Shown here in pieces: positions 1 through 12,740 of a stretch of DNA of 64,000 nt. This stretch comes from Felis catus (taxonomy: Eukaryota). The notes beneath the pieces are model-generated. The model made no database searches and had not been told where the DNA came from. It was given only the letters and a program-made list of their open reading frames with translations. Where the stretch lies: contig NC_058368.1 of the NCBI RefSeq assembly GCF_018350175.1, positions 138,076,001-138,140,000 on the forward strand. Direction: 5' to 3'. The position numbers were made by a program, and so were the translations under genes. The first letter of the stretch is position 1. Every line of letters begins with the position of its first letter.

Positions 1-260
1 ATGGCCTGCTGGTGGGAAAGATGGAGACTTTATATTCCTCACTGTCTATTACCCTATGAACTTGGATTATATTACTCATTTAGTGACCTTGAATCTAGAG
101 GGAATAGGAACATGAAGAAGCAGACGAGAAGTGAGTTCGTTATGTGTTTGTGTGTGCACCTGTGTGTACGTTGGAACAGGGTTGAGATGAACTTGAGCCC
201 TGTTGATGAGAAATCCTCATGTGAGAAGTACTGATGAAGCACTGACCATATATTTGGCAT

Positions 261-624
261 TGTCTTTGTCTCTTCAGGCTGCTGTAACACAATGCTAAAG
301 ACCGGGTGGCTTAGAAACAAGAATTTATTTCTTACATCTCTGGAGCCTGGAAGTCCAAGTTCAGGGTGCTAGCCTGTTCTGAGTGAGGGCCCTCTTCTGG
401 GTTAGAGGCTTATCATTGCATTCTCACATGGCAGAAGGGGCTTAGAGAGTTCTGTGGTTTTCTTTTCTTTCTTTTTTTTTTTTCTTAAGGCCAGTGCCAT
501 TATGGAGGCTCCACCCTCCTAACCTGAGCACCTCCTACAGGCCCCGCCTACTCATACCATTACGTTGGGGGTTAGGACTTCAACCTGAATGTTAGTGGGG
601 GACACAAACACTCAGACCACAGCA
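261..624 (-). mobile_element. MaLR solo LTR (MLT1A/MST-like)
   Basis: tgtc...ggctgctgtaaca...ctggaagtccaag...ctcacatggcagaagg...cagaccacagca; typical MLT1 motifs with TG...CA ends. Confidence 0.8.
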
Positions 625-1126
625 GGTCTGTACACACCTGCCTGTTTTGTTGTTGTTCATACTGGCTTTTTAGACTGCATTTGTTGTCCAGAACAGATAG
701 AGGGTAGCTAGCATTCATTTCCTAATAACTTTGTAAGTGTGCGTTTTTCAAAATATGAGGCTGACTGTTGCTTTAGGCAACACATTGTTGCGTGAGAGCC
801 ATAGAAAACATCTGAGAAGGGGACTCTGAGCTTTCTTGAGGGCTTGAGTAAATACTGTGAAGGCTGAAAAACCAAGTTGTACCTGCCTCACAACAGGCGT
901 TGCAGTTTTTTGGAGCACATCCAGTCTTAAGTTCAGGTTCAGGTTGCCTAGGAAGACAGAGCCTTCCTTATTCTTTGGTTTCTCCTGGTGAGGGCTATCA
1001 ACAAGGAACTTAAACACCATAAAATAAAACCTTTCACCCCAACAGAATCTATGTAGAATTAGGTATTAAAACTTTTTTCCACAGTAACTTGAAATGTTGA
1101 GGCCTAGCATTCTTATTGATAATGAA

Positions 1127-1130
<4 letters not shown>

Positions 1131-1161
<31 letters not shown>
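1131..1161. repeat. (TA)n microsatellite
   Basis: Direct observation. Confidence 0.95.
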
Positions 1162-1166
<5 letters not shown>

Positions 1167-1429
1167 GAAGTAGATGTTGGATAATTTCTAATTTAAGCAA
1201 AAATATCTAGGAATTTTCAGGCAGGCATAGAAAAAATTCATTAATTTCCTAGGCAGTTACACCTGGGATAGTACTATGCCGTTAATTGGTACTATTTTCT
1301 AGAAGTAGCAACTGTCTTGTGAGGAATGTCCTTCCAGGAGACATTTTTAAGCTGGCTAGCCTCTTTGAGGGAAAGGCACACCTAAGCCATTAGGAGCAAA
1401 ATAAAAAATCTGTCCAAATTGCCAAGAAG

Positions 1430-1620
1430 GACATGGGACAATTCTTCAGTTATACAGGACTGTCCTTCTTACAGGACGTTGAACATCCCTGGCCACTTGG
1501 TACCAGATACCAGGATCTGTTCTTCCCAGCTCTTCTGATACTCTGGTTTCTTTCCCCCATCCCTGCAAGCACCCACAGGTCCCAAATGGGATGGGGGGAA
1601 GACCTAAAACATAAGCCCCC
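1430..1620. mobile_element. Old hAT-Charlie (MER20-like) fragment
   Basis: ggacaattcttc...ggactgtcct...catccctggcc...agatacca resembles the MER20 core. Confidence 0.4.
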
Positions 1621-1937
1621 TTGATGAGTCTTTCTGCTGCCCTTGAAGTGCCAACCAATGACTTGGTAACTTCCAAAGACAATGGCCCCTTCTGAGTCCT
1701 CATTCTCTTTGACTTGACTACAGTCCTTTGTAAGCTGTAAGCATTATTTATTATTGCTGAGCGATTAGGCTTTTGAACGTTGCTGAGCCGTTTGTGTGTT
1801 TGAACTTGTCTCTGTACATTTTTAGACCTCACGCTTTATTTAAAACATTGCCTTGAATATTAAATAACAAACACTTAAATTGTTGACTATTTTTTATGTT
1901 ATTGCAATATCTTAATACTTATCCTGTAAGAACTTTT

Positions 1938-2142
1938 TAAAAAAAATTTTAATATTTATTTTTGAGAGGGAGAGTGACAGCACAAGTGGGGGAGGGATGG
2001 AGAGAGGGAGACACAGAATCGAAGCAGGCTCCAGGCTCTGAGCTGTCAGCACAGATCCCGACGCGGGGCTCGAACTCACGGACCACGAGATCGTGACCTG
2101 AGCCGAAGTTGGATGCTCAACCAATTGAGCCACCAGGCACCT
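1938..2142 (-). mobile_element. CanSINE (SINEC_Fc)
   Basis: Reverse complement of the tRNA-derived head, (CT)n region and A-tail. Confidence 0.95.
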
Positions 2143-2392
2143 CAGAGCTTCTGTTTTAATCTTGAATCCCAGGTGGTGGATGGCACACAGTCCTTGTTTG
2201 GTATGTAATAGAAATTTGTGACTATTATTAGCTTATGTAGGTAATATTTCTTCAGAGCACAAGAGTATGCCTAGATTTGAATCAGAATAACAAAATAATT
2301 TTGACTGTTTTCGCCCAGTGAAAGTATTTGAATACCAGTTCTCCCTATGTTCCTGCTTTAAGACAGCTCACGATCCCTTTGCCCAGTGGAGG

Positions 2393-2398
<6 letters not shown>

Positions 2399-2424
<26 letters not shown>

Positions 2425-2993
2425 GAAGTTTATTGTCAAATTGGTTTCCATACAACACCCAGTGCTCATCCCAAAAGGTGCCCTCCTCGATACCCATCAC
2501 CCACCCTCCCCTCCCTCCCACCCCCCATCAACCCTCAGTTTGTTCTCAGTTTTTAACAGTCTCCTATGCTTTGGCTCTCTCCCACTCTAACTTTTTTTTT
2601 TTTTTCCTTCCCTTCCCCCATGGGTTTCTGTTAAGTTTCTCAGGATCCACATAAGAGTGAAACCATATGGTATCTGTCTTTCTCTGTATGGTTTATTTCA
2701 CTTAGCATCACGCTCTCCAGTTCCATCCACGTTGCTACAAAAGGCCATATTTCATTCTTTCTCATTGCCACGTAGTATTCCATTGTGTATATAAACCACA
2801 ATTTCTTTATCCATTCATCAGTTGATGGACATTTAGGCTCTTGCCGTAATTTGGCTATTGTTGAGAGTGCTGCTATAAACATTGGGGTACAAGTGCCCCT
2901 ATGTATCAGTACTCGTGTATCCCTTGGATAAATTCCTAGCAGTGCTATTGCTGGGTCATAGGGTAGGTCTATTTTTAATTTTCTGAGGAACCT
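2399..2993 (-). mobile_element. 5'-truncated young felid L1 (ORF2 C-terminus + 3'UTR + poly(A))
   Basis: ORF 2640-2882 gives MFIAALSTIAK...KCPSTDEWIKK. Perfect TSD cagtggaggtttttt at 2384-2398 and 2994-3008. Confidence 0.97.
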
Positions 2994-3334
2994 CAGTGGA
3001 GGTTTTTTAAAAAATTTTTTATGTTATGTTATGTTCTGACTTCACCGCAAAGCTCTTTCCTTTTCGTAAACTTGTGGAACGTTTACTGTTTCGTGTGGTC
3101 ATACTCACTTTTTTACCTCCCGGTAACCGCTCCATTGGCTTTTATCAGGCCGATTCTTCCACCAGCGTGCAAATGGCTGAGAGTCAGCGACTTCTTAAGT
3201 TAGGGATCCGGTAGGTCCTTCTCTGATTTTAGTGTGCTTTGCTTCATTTATCCACAGCATTTGCTGCCTTGTCCATCCCTCTTGGATTTTGTCACGTTAG
3301 TCCCCTTTCAAATTTCTGACCTAGAAGTGGAGAC

Positions 3335-3580
3335 CTGAAGTTAGGAGGATGAGATCCGGGACCAGACTGCCTGGGTTTAAATCTTGGCTCTGCCACCTGG
3401 TACTTGGGTGACCTTGGACAAGGTACACAACCTCTCTGTGCCTCAGTTTCCTTATCTGTAAAACGGGGATGGTATTCCATGTAAAACAGGAGGTATTCCA
3501 TGTGGCTCTGAGAAGTAGGTGAATTTAAACAGCACTCAGAACCTTGTCTGATGCAGTAAATCGTGCTCAGCTAATGCCAG
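3335..3580 (+). mobile_element. MIR SINE
   Basis: Core gtgaccttggacaagg...ctctctgtgcctcagtttccttatctgtaaaacgggg. Confidence 0.85.
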
Positions 3581-3599
3581 CCTTGTTAGTCATTTCTCT

Positions 3600-4330
3600 C
3601 TTCTTAGTGTCTTTTGTGAGCTCTTCTACCTTGCTTTCTCTTGACACTCTCTAAGTCTCTACGCCAAGCCTTTTCGAATTTCTGTGTATCTACCACCTTA
3701 ATCCTCTCATTTACTCCCAGTGACTCAAACTACCGTGTCACCAGTATATCTTTCAAGCCCAGACCTCTCTGTCTTGATGAGTAATCACATCTCAAACTCG
3801 TTATGGCTAGTAGTCCTTTCTCCCCCTCCACATCTTCCACTTCTCCTTTTTATTTTCCCTATCTTGGTCAATGTCACTAAATACCTGGCTCCCCAGACTA
3901 AGAACCAAGGAGTCACCCTAGAATCCTCCTAGTCCTTATCCCCTACGTCTGGTTTAGCATTAAGGCCTGTCCGTTTTGTCCCTTAATCTCTTAAATTTAT
4001 CTTTGCCCTCCCCATGCTACTGTTTTTTGTTCAGGCTCTCTGTCTCTCTCACCTGAGTGACAGCAATGGTGTTTGATCTGTTGCTCTGACCCCAGAATCC
4101 CTCCTCCACCTGCTCTCACAGTGGCCTCTTGAAAGCACAGCTCAGGTCACATCCTTCTCGTGCATTAAAGCCGCTCGCTGGCGTGAAGCTCACATAACTT
4201 ACTAAGGTGTATCATGGGGACCCTGAACGTGTTTCCATCCTTCTGTCCTGGAGGTGTTTGTCCCTCCGTGAACAACCCTTTCGTACTTCATGGGGTTCTG
4301 CCTGTTCCTTCTTGGGCTTGAAAGGTCGTT
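3600..4330 (+). mobile_element. L2 LINE fragments (also about 3200-3300)
   Basis: agcccagacctctct, cacatctcaaactc and ggagtcaccctagaatcctcc are typical L2 3' motifs. Confidence 0.65.
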
Positions 4331-5089
4331 CCATTTCATCGCGTACCTGGTGAATGTCTGTTGTCCGCCTCGGTGATTTTCAACAGAGATCTGTGTTGGC
4401 ATTTGGGGTGGGACCTTTCTTTATGCAGGGTTGACCTGGCGTTATAGCAGCTCCCTTTCCCATTCTGCTTTTTCCCTATCCTACCGACCCGGTCATTTGA
4501 GAACCAGAAAAGCTGTCCTGCCCCGTTTCTAAATGCCTTTTGGGATAGGAGTGCCCCTAGTTGACAAACTGTATAAAAGGCTCAGGTCAGGCTCTGTCTC
4601 CTTGGGGAGCCCTGTTGATACCCCAACTACTGGCAGAGGGGAGTGTTTGTGCCTCTCTCTACTGCTAGAACCCCATAAGGGTTTTGTGGTCTTCCTGTCT
4701 TCCTCTGTCCATGGGGTAGGCATTCTGGTGCCTAGGGGCTTTCTATATCCTTGGTACTGTCTTTTCTATAGGTTATTTACCTACTTCACATCTGTACGCC
4801 CTTTCTTGTCGAATAGATTGATATGTACCTGAAAGGAGACACTTTTTTCCCCCCTCAGTACTAAGCATATAGGAAGTTGTGAGTACATGCGCTGAACTAA
4901 ATTAAACATTTTGAGACTAGTCCTATTTCTAAGGCTAAGTCTCATTTCTTTTCATCTTTGCTTGAAGGTCATAATTCTAAATGTTAAATGATCATTCTAG
5001 AGTTTCTTCAGGTTTGACACATAGATCCACTAGTTTTATTGTCTAGAGTTCAGTATACTAATTTAGCTATTTACCAGTTAAAAAATGTC

Positions 5090-5420
5090 TTAATTTTTCT
5101 TTGAGTTGGCATAGAATGTTAAACTAGTTAGGGGTGTACAACATAGTGATTCAATAGTTGTGAGCATGGCCCAGTGTTTACCATGATAAGTGTATTCACC
5201 CTACGTGAATATGATAATACTGACTGTATTCTTTGTGCATACTTTTCATCTCCTTGACTTGTTTTACAGCTGAAGCTTGTACCTCATAATCCCCTTCCCC
5301 TGTTTTGTTTCTCCTTCCACCCCTCTGACAACCACCAGTTTTTTGTTCTTGTGTTTGTGAGTCTTCTTGTTGTTGTTGTTGTTGTGTTTTTGAGATTCCA
5401 CCTAAGTGACATCGTGTGGT
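5090..5420 (-). mobile_element. Older carnivore L1 3' end
   Basis: gtgtacaacatagtgattc...ccctctgacaaccaccag...agattccac, the reverse complement of an L1_Carn-like 3'UTR. Confidence 0.8.
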
Positions 5421-5588
5421 TATATACTGTATTTCTATAATGCAGTAAGCTGGAGAAAAGAAAATGTTAAAAAAAAAAACAAACCTAAGAGAAAATGAAT
5501 TCAGAGCACCGACTATATGTATCAAAGAAACATCCATCTATAAATAGACCTGAGCAGTGTAAACTTAGGGTGTCCAGGGTCCAGTGTA
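5421..5588 (+). mobile_element. TcMar-Tigger (Tigger2-like) terminal fragment
   Basis: agtaagctggagaaaagaaaatgtta...gtccagggtccagtgta resembles the Tigger2 right end followed by a TA target. Confidence 0.6.
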
Positions 5589-5617
5589 TTTCCTTGCTTC
5601 ATTAAAAAGTGTGGAAA

Positions 5618-5835
5618 GGGGCACCTGGGTGGCGTAGTCGGTTAAGCGTCCGACTTCAGCCAGGTCACGATCTCGCGGTCCGTGAGTTCGAGCCCCGCGT
5701 CGGGCTCTGGGCTGGTGGCTCAGAGCCTGGAGCCTGTTTCCGATTCTGTGTCTCCCTCTCTCTCTGCCCCTCCCCCGTTCATGCTCTGTCTCTCTCCCAA
5801 AAATAAATAAACGTTGAAAAAAAAAATTTAAAAAC
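5618..5835 (+). mobile_element. CanSINE, young subtype (cttcagccaggtcacg)
   Basis: Full length; TSD aagtgtggaaa. Confidence 0.97.
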
Positions 5836-6952
5836 AAGTGTGGAAAATAAAAAACAGAAATGAGAAGCTGGTGAAGACACCAGGGTCTATTAAATCCAAT
5901 GAGGTCATTTGTCCAAGTAAAGAACTATCAGTACCAATTGGGTCCTCCCTAAACTTGTTTGTGGAAGCTGTTATGCAGAAAACGCAAAAGTAAAGCAAAT
6001 TACAGGAAAAGCTGGGGTGTATTTTGTTAAATTCTGACCAAAAGGAGACATGAAGTTGGTGTTAAGTCTCCGGTGGGTGACTTTTGGCCCCTGAAAGTCT
6101 GTTGTTCACTTCTGTCACAGATTTGGTGTGTTTTCGAGATGGATTATGTATAAAAGTAAGGGGCCAATGACCTTTACTCCTTCCAAACCTGTTAGTTCAG
6201 CCTGTCAGACTCCTCACTTTTTCCTAAATCGCACAAGTCCATGTCCTTTTTTTCATGCTGGTCCTTCTCCATGCCCCCCCCCCCCCATTACATTTATAAC
6301 TCATTTGTTACTGATGCTTGCCTAACAGTATCATGTTCTGTCAGGTCGACAGAACTTTTAGGTTTAGGTTTAGAAAACTTTTAGGTTTTCATGGATAGAG
6401 ATATTCCCCGAACCAAACTGTGAGTTCATCAGTGATGGGGGTGGTGTTTTATGTATGTGAATCTTTCTCATGACAGCCTCCATGGTGCTTTGCACGGAGT
6501 CGGTGACAGTAAATTGACCTCCGGACATGATAGAGGGACTTCAGAGACCTACTGCTAATGAGGACATTGACGCCTTTGATAGGCTGTATCTTGCCCAAGA
6601 TGCTGAGTGATAGAGCTTTGCACTGATGATGAAGGATGCAACTAAACAGATCGATTGCAAAAGTGAGATAGGAAAAGCAATGTTGAACTGATATATAAAA
6701 AGGCTTGGAATGCAAATACATCCTGCAAAATACAAGTGAGTGTGCCAGTTTTGGTGGAACATTGTGTTAGCAGCTAGCTCACACCCCTCTGTGTACTTCA
6801 TAAACATTGTCTCATTCAGGCTGCACCATTTCAGACTGACTCCCCTTCTTCCTGCCCACTCCCACCACTCCCACTGGTTTGAATTAATGGGATCTGTTGA
6901 ATAGTTACAGTATTTTCTAATCTTCAGACCTCTGCCTGCACTCTTTCTTTCA

Positions 6953-7437
6953 CATGAAATTTATTGTCAAATTGGTTTTCATACAACACCCAGGGCTCAT
7001 CCCAACCGGTGCCCTCCTCAATGCCCATCACCCATCCTCCCCGTCCTTCCACCCCCATCAAACCTCAGTTTATTCTGTTATTAAGTCTCTTATGGTTTGG
7101 TTCTCTCCCTCTCTGACTTTATTTTCTCTTCCCCTCCCCTATGGTCTTCTGTTAAGTTTCTCAGGATCCACATAAGAGTGAAACCATATGGTATCTGTCT
7201 TTCTCTGTGTGACTTATTTCACTTAGCATCACACTCTCCAATTCCATCCACGTTGCTACAAAAGGCCATATTTCATTCTTTCTCATTGCCACGTAGTACT
7301 CCATTGTGTATATAAACCACAATTTCTTTATCCATTCATCAGTTGATGGACATTTAGGCTCTCTCCATAATTTGGCTATTGTTGAGAGTGCTGCTGTAAA
7401 CATTGGGGTACATGTGTCCCTATGCATCAGCACTCCT
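6953..7437 (-). mobile_element. 5'-truncated felid L1 3' end
   Basis: Highly similar to the L1 at 2399-2993; ORF 7161-7433 is the ORF2 C-terminus. Confidence 0.95.
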
Positions 7438-7453
7438 TAACAGGCTTCTTTCT

Positions 7454-7680
7454 TTTTTTTTTTTAATTTTTTTTTTAACATTTATTTATTTTTGATACAG
7501 AGACAGCCAGAGCATGAACGGGGGAGGGTCAGAGAGAGAGAGAGACACAGAATCCGAAACAGGCTCCAGGCTCTGAGCCGTCAGCCCAGAGCCCGACGCG
7601 GGGCTCGAACTCCCGGACCTCGAGATCATGACCTGAGCTGAAGTCGGAGGCTTAACCGACTGAGCCACCCAGGCACCCCC
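7454..7680 (-). mobile_element. CanSINE
   Basis: TSD aggctt(c/a)tttct. Confidence 0.97.
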
Positions 7681-8199
7681 AGGCTTATTTCTAAAATGCT
7701 CTCTTCTTACCCATTTCCACTGTGCCCACACTGAAGCTTTTTCCTTAGACTTGGCCTTCCCTCCCTGTTGTTCATGTGTTCTTTCCTCCTTCTCCAGTTA
7801 GCATAACAGTTGTGAAATATAGATATAATTCTACACTTCTAGGTTTGTTGACAGAGCTGTGAGTCATCATTTCCAAGTGAAGGTTTAAAACAGAGATGGT
7901 TGTCGAGTTGTGTCAGTAGGAATAGCTCTACCCTTTGAATTCTCTGACCGTAGTGGGGGGAGTATTCATTCAGCTGTGTAAAATCACACACCGGCCTGGT
8001 ATACTATTCAGAATTCTTGATGCTTGGAGATTCCTCTGGGCTGGGGTGAGGCTGAGCTGGGTGGACCCATTTCAGAGGAGCCTGGCCCCGTTTAGTGCTG
8101 ACTCATCTTGTTAAGTCTGATATTTAGAGGTCTTTCAAAATAACTCAAATGCTTAAGAAACCCTTTATATCAGCTTGATAAATGAAGCTAGCCTTTGAG

Positions 8200-8600
8200 T
8201 GCTCTTGATGGGCACTAAGTGTTTTCTGTTGTTACTGTCAGCTGTCTCGATCCTCTCAAGAGGCTTATGAGGTAGGCACTATTACTCAGGGATGAGTGAC
8301 TGCCCCAGGGAGGGGAACTTCAGGCCCAAGTCACACAGAATAGGGCAGAGGTGGAGTTCATATACAGGCTGCTTCTGAGGCTCTCCTCTTATGAGGTGTT
8401 GGCTCCTTGTTAGCCAAGCAACTTGCTATCTTTGAGACCAAAGTTACGTGACACAAGGACCTTGTGCTGTGGCTAAGGAGAACATGGGCTGGATAGGTCA
8501 GATGGGCTGGATTCACACGCCCGCTTGGCCGCTTGTGGCTGCTTGATCTCTAAGTGGTGCAACTTTGCTGAGCTTCTCTTTCTTCCTGTGAAGTGCAGAG
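8200..8600. mobile_element. Two degenerate MIR fragments in opposite orientations
   Basis: ttatgaggtaggcactatta...cccaagtcacacag, and ctctaagtggtgcaactttgctgagcttctctttcttcctgtgaa. Confidence 0.5.
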
Positions 8601-8881
8601 GGCGACCCTGGATACTGTCTTACCTGGGGAGAGCAGGTATCAGGGACGTTCCCTACAGGGAATCTCCTTAAAAGGAGGACCAAGGTCGCATAGGAAACAG
8701 TGGTAGAAAAGATATTTGCCTGGGGTTCTATTATGAAAAGGAGTATCCCCTATAAAACTTTGTATTTGACTTCTGTGGCTAGCACGCAGCACAGCATCAT
8801 GGGTAGGAGTACAAGCTTTGAAGCAGGAAGCTCGAATACCTGTTCTACCATGCGTAGTGTGACCTAGTGCCTTGCAGTTTT

Positions 8882-9111
8882 CTTTTTTTTTTTTTAATTT
8901 CTTTTTTTTAACATTTATTTATTTTTGAGACAGAGAGAGAGCATGAACGGGGGAGGGTCAGAGAGAGAGAGGGAGACACAGAATCTGAAACAGGTTCCAA
9001 GGCTCTGAGCCGTCAGCCCAGAGCCCGACGCGGGGCTCAAACCCACAGACCGTGAGATTGTGACCTGAGTTGAAGTCGGACGACCAGCCGACTGAGCCAC
9101 CCAGGCGCCCC
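8882..9111 (-). mobile_element. CanSINE
   Basis: TSD gtgccttgcagtttt on both sides. Confidence 0.97.
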
Positions 9112-9287
9112 GTGCCTTGCAGTTTTCAACTCTAATTCTTATTCTTAGGAGGGACATCAAGTGTAGTGTGTGGGGGGAGGTGTGGGGGGGGGGAGAGGGA
9201 GAGAGGAGGGGAGTGATGGTGGGGGCGTTTATGGTTTTTGTCTGCCAAATTTGTTAATTGCGGAGCAGGACATGTTATCACACTGTA

Positions 9288-9318
<31 letters not shown>

Positions 9319-9369
9319 CTTTTCTTTTCTTTTCTTTTCTTTTCTTTTCTTTCTTTCTCTCTTTCTCTC

Positions 9370-9406
<37 letters not shown>

Positions 9407-9409
9407 TTC
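9288..9409. repeat. Compound (TTTTC)n/(CT)n pure pyrimidine tract
   Basis: Direct observation. Confidence 0.95.
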
Positions 9410-10043
9410 AGAGTGTAATTTCTTAGAAAATTATTACATTTCACACTTTCTTTAAATGCACCTTACATCTTTATTCTAATTAGCATTTTACATCAAACAA
9501 TGAAACAAACATGCAAAAATAAAGCTCTCATACAAAATACATGCATATCATACTGTATTTTCAAAGAGCTATCGTGAGGGTTATTTTTATTATAATTAGT
9601 TAACAAGTTCTTCCGTTTTCTCATAGGATAAAGAAGAGAAGAAATTCTTCCTTTAATACTGCGATGATCTTTAAGGCTTTATCTCCTTATGATTTCTTTT
9701 TTCACTTGTTAGTGGATCTCTGCCACGTTCTCATTGATCAGTAGGATCATGATTTGAGAAGTTAGCCAATATTGAAAAACACTATTCTCGATTTTATTTA
9801 ACCTAATTTCATCTTAAAAAAAAGATTTCCAATTTTATCTTGATAGGTATTTTATATTTATAACACCCAGTAACCACCTCAAGACCAAAACAAGTAACTA
9901 CAAAACATCTAAAGTACAAGGGGGACTGGGTGGAGAACAGATGCTAGCCTTAAGTAAGGGGGCGGGAACTGAAGAATAAATGTGGGAGGGAGTTGTTCCT
10001 AATCTTCATGGTGGTCAGTTGATTCAAGAATCATTCTTAGGTT

Positions 10044-10260
10044 GCGGCACCTGGGTGGCTCAGTCGGTTAAGTGTCCGACTTCAGCTCAGGTCATGCTCT
10101 CGCGGTTTGTGGGTTCGAGCCCCGCGTTCGTGTTCTGTGCTGACAGCTCAGATCCTGGACCCTGCTTCGGATTCTGTGCCTCCTTCTCTCTCTGCCCCTC
10201 CCCCACTTGTGCTCTGTCTCTATCAAAAAGAAAGAAATGTAAAAAAAAAAAAAATTAAAA
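10044..10260 (+). mobile_element. CanSINE
   Basis: TSD aat(c/t)attcttaggtt. Confidence 0.95.
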
Positions 10261-11315
10261 CAATTATTCTTAGGTTTAGGTAACTTTTACTTCAGTGTAA
10301 CCTTACAACTGCAGGGATTTGTAAATGAAGATTCAGGCAAGTAAGACTTCCTCCATGGTTCCTCTCATGGCTGCTGTGAGGCTTCTCTGAGGTGTTGGTA
10401 AAATACATAGCACAGTGCCTAACCACATCGTTAGCCTTCCAAGTATAGTTACTAACAGTATTAGTAAATATTTGACCATTATTTGTTAATAGGTTTTGTA
10501 AGAGGTGTACCAGCCAAAGTTTTTGGCATGTTCAAACACAAAGTTCAAGTCATAGATTTTATATGGAGTTAGTCTTAGAAACCTAGAATTTCATAAAGTC
10601 AAGAATGATTATTTACTGTGAAAGTTGAATGTTATATTTTCTCTTATTTTTAAGTTGGAATATTCTCTTCACCTTTTAAGTGGTCTAATTTTTATTAGAA
10701 GTAACTAGCAAAATGAAGATCCTGAAACATTAGGCATTCTTTCTAGTATGTGTGAAATATTGAATATTTTGCATCATGATGTTCTTTTTATAAGAATTTT
10801 TTCCTCTGTTTTGGGAGCAAACTTAAAAACTGTGGCTGTGTACCAAGACCCCCTATCATTCTCTGGTGTCTGCAAGAAAGACTGGAAATTGGCCTTAAAT
10901 TTCCCAAGACACATTTTTGAAAAATAAAATATTAAAACAGTACTCGAGTCTAAGAATTTTTGAAAATCCAAATGGAGAACTCATATTAGGAAACGTAGAC
11001 CATGATATTTGTGTGGTGAAAAGCTGGTGTGTGTAGAACTTGTCTAGCAAATACAAACTGGTTTTGTTATTAAACTTGATAATAAAGGAGGCACAATATG
11101 ATTTAGCCATGCGTCTCTGCAAGGGAGCACAGACCTTGCTGCTGTTGACTATGTATGAAGCATCAGTTTTGGAGAAATTCAAACGAGAATACGGTTTTTT
11201 ATACCTCTATCAGTTTGAACTTCAAGTATTTGAGTATATAATACATGTACCTCAAATGATTCTGTCTCTGATAGGGGCTTTTAGAAAGTTTGGGACCAAG
11301 GCTGAGAACCGTGGG

Positions 11316-11544
11316 GATTGATTGATTGATTGATTGATTGATTTTAACGTTTATTTATTTTTGAGATGGAGACAGAGCATGAACAGGGGAGGAGCAGAGA
11401 GAGAGGGAGACACAGAATCTGAAACGGGCTCCAGGCTCTGAGCTGTCAGCACAGAGCCCGACACGGGGCTCGAACTCACGGACTGTGAGATCATGACCTG
11501 AGCCGAAGTCGGACGCTCAACTGACTGAGCCACCCAGGCGCCCC
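11316..11544 (-). mobile_element. CanSINE with (GATT)n at the tail end
   Basis: Reverse-complement SINE body preceded by a gattgatt repeat. Confidence 0.95.
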
Positions 11545-11835
11545 TGTTTTAATTTATTTTTAAAAGCGGTGAAAAGTGAGGTCTCCAAAAAACAAAACAA
11601 TTGCTGTTCTCAATGGTTGTTACATTTCTCTACTCAAAAATGGCAAAGCTAGAGTGGGTGGGAATAATGGAATCCGAGTTCTTACGTGGAAGGTGAAATA
11701 GAAAGGAGTATTTAGCCCTTGATGTTTCTTGACCTTTGGCCTGTCATCCTATTAGACTGCGGATTGGGAGCCCTCATTTGCAGTCTGCCTCACATGGTCT
11801 GAAAGGTGTAGAGAAGCTGGATCCCTCTTAGCTTT

Positions 11836-12023
11836 TATAAATTTTTTTTTTAATGTTTATTTTTGACAGAGACAGAGCATGAGTGGGGGAGGGGCAGAGA
11901 GAGAGAGGGAGACACAGAATCTGAAGCAGGCTCCAGGCTCTGAGCAGAGCTCGAACTCACTGACCGAGAGATCATGACCTGGGCTGAAGTCGGACGCTCA
12001 ACCGACGGAGCCACCCAGGCGCC
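11836..12023 (-). mobile_element. CanSINE with a small internal deletion
   Basis: TSD ctggatccctct(t/g)agcttt. Confidence 0.95.
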
Positions 12024-12480
12024 CCTGGATCCCTCTGAGCTTTAAAGAGGTGTGACCTTGCACTCTGCCCTGCAGTCCAGCTTGCAGGCCCCTGCCACCT
12101 AGAACCTCAGCAGGGGGGGTGGGGGGAGCTCGGGAAACAGCTTATTCCTTAGTCTAATAACCCTGCATTGAGATCCCTGTGGGAAAAGTACCCACAGCCT
12201 GGCAAGTGGGGACAAAGGCTTACCTAGAAGGAATAGATCCGCAAGATGTCACGTACCCTTACTAAGTTAAAAAAAAAAAAAGTGTGTATCCTTATTTTTT
12301 TAATTTATAAATTGTACTACTGCAACAGTATATTTTTTCAAACTTACTCCACATTTAAAAACCTATGAAGATTAAATGCGATTAATAACCCTTTTTGTTC
12401 TCACTAAAAACATTGATGTACAATACATGTTAGCGGAAGTAATAAAACAAATGGGTCATTATTTTGAAAACCTTGGTTTC

Positions 12481-12708
12481 AGGGCGCCTGGGTGGCGCAG
12501 TCGGCTAAGCATCCGACTTCAGCCAGGTCACGATCTCGCGGTCCGTGGGTTCGAGCCCCGCGTCAGGCTCTGGGCTGATGGCTCAGAGCCTGGAGCCTGT
12601 TTCCGATTCTGTGTCTCCCTCGCTCTCTGCCCCTCCCCCGTTCATGCTCTGTCTCTCTCTGTCCCAAAAATAAATAAACGTTGAAAAAAAAAATGAAAAA
12701 AAAAAAAA
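12481..12708 (+). mobile_element. CanSINE, young subtype
   Basis: TSD gaaaaccttggttt. Confidence 0.97.
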
Positions 12709-12740
12709 GAAAACCTTGGTTTAAAATACTCTATAACCCT

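Noticed and set aside
5618..5700. tRNA-like A/B boxes in SINE heads
   Set aside because: They are part of tRNA-derived CanSINEs; I found no standalone tRNA gene.
9170..9455. Low-complexity ORFs (FLFFS/EREK repeats); similar ones at 56071 and 57381-57778
   Set aside because: They are translations of microsatellites.
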